Positions 63,791-64,000 of a stretch of DNA of 64,000 nucleotides are shown here, piece by piece. The notes beneath the pieces are model-generated. The model did not search any database. It was not told where the DNA came from and worked only from the letters and a program-made list of their open reading frames with translations. Location: NCBI GenBank assembly GCA_038087875.1, contig CM075991.1, positions 8,310,001-8,374,000 on the forward strand. Direction: 5' to 3'. A program made the position numbers and the translations under genes. Each line of letters opens with the position of its first letter. Within the stretch, counting starts at the first letter, position 1. This stretch comes from Malacoraja senta. Lineage: Eukaryota.

Positions 63791-64000
63791 GTTTAAAAAT
63801 GTGCGCGTTTGTGGGTTAATTGCCCTCAGCAAATTGTCCTTAAGCTGTTGGTTGTGGATGAGAAAGTGGGATAACATAGAACTAGTGTGAACGGGTGATT
63901 GATGGTCAGCACGGACTGGGTGGGCCGAAGGGCCTGTTACCCATGCTGTATGTTTAAATTAAACTAAAACTTTAAACCTGCCACGTTCTGACGGATATCA

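Overview
Repeat-saturated eukaryotic DNA from a cartilaginous fish, probably a skate or ray (inferred from HE1-type V-SINEs with (CTAAA)n tails and HER1/CR1 LINE 3' ends). It looks intronic or intergenic: I recognise no host protein-coding gene, and nearly all ORFs in the track are transposon fragments, antisense frames or microsatellite artefacts. The content is about 35 HE1-like SINEs or fragments, about 25 CR1 3' fragments, Rex1/Babar, L2, RTE, Tx1 and Vingi-like LINE remnants, and a Penelope-like (PLE) GIY-YIG fragment. There are also over 40 short PLE-type terminal-repeat fragments carrying minimal hammerhead ribozyme motifs (many in inverted pairs or flanked by 14-17 bp target-site duplications), PIF/Harbinger-like and P-like MITEs, ancient Deu-domain SINE remnants, a possible solo LTR and micro/minisatellites. 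The most notable signals are (1) the hammerhead-bearing mini-elements, (2) a GC-rich non-coding retroelement family with a conserved hairpin but different LINE-derived tails, (3) Vingi-type non-autonomous elements and (4) recurrent insertion and expansion hot spots inside HE1 SINEs. Two weak exon candidates are flagged. Family names come from recalled motifs, not database searches; counts and boundaries were read by eye and are approximate.
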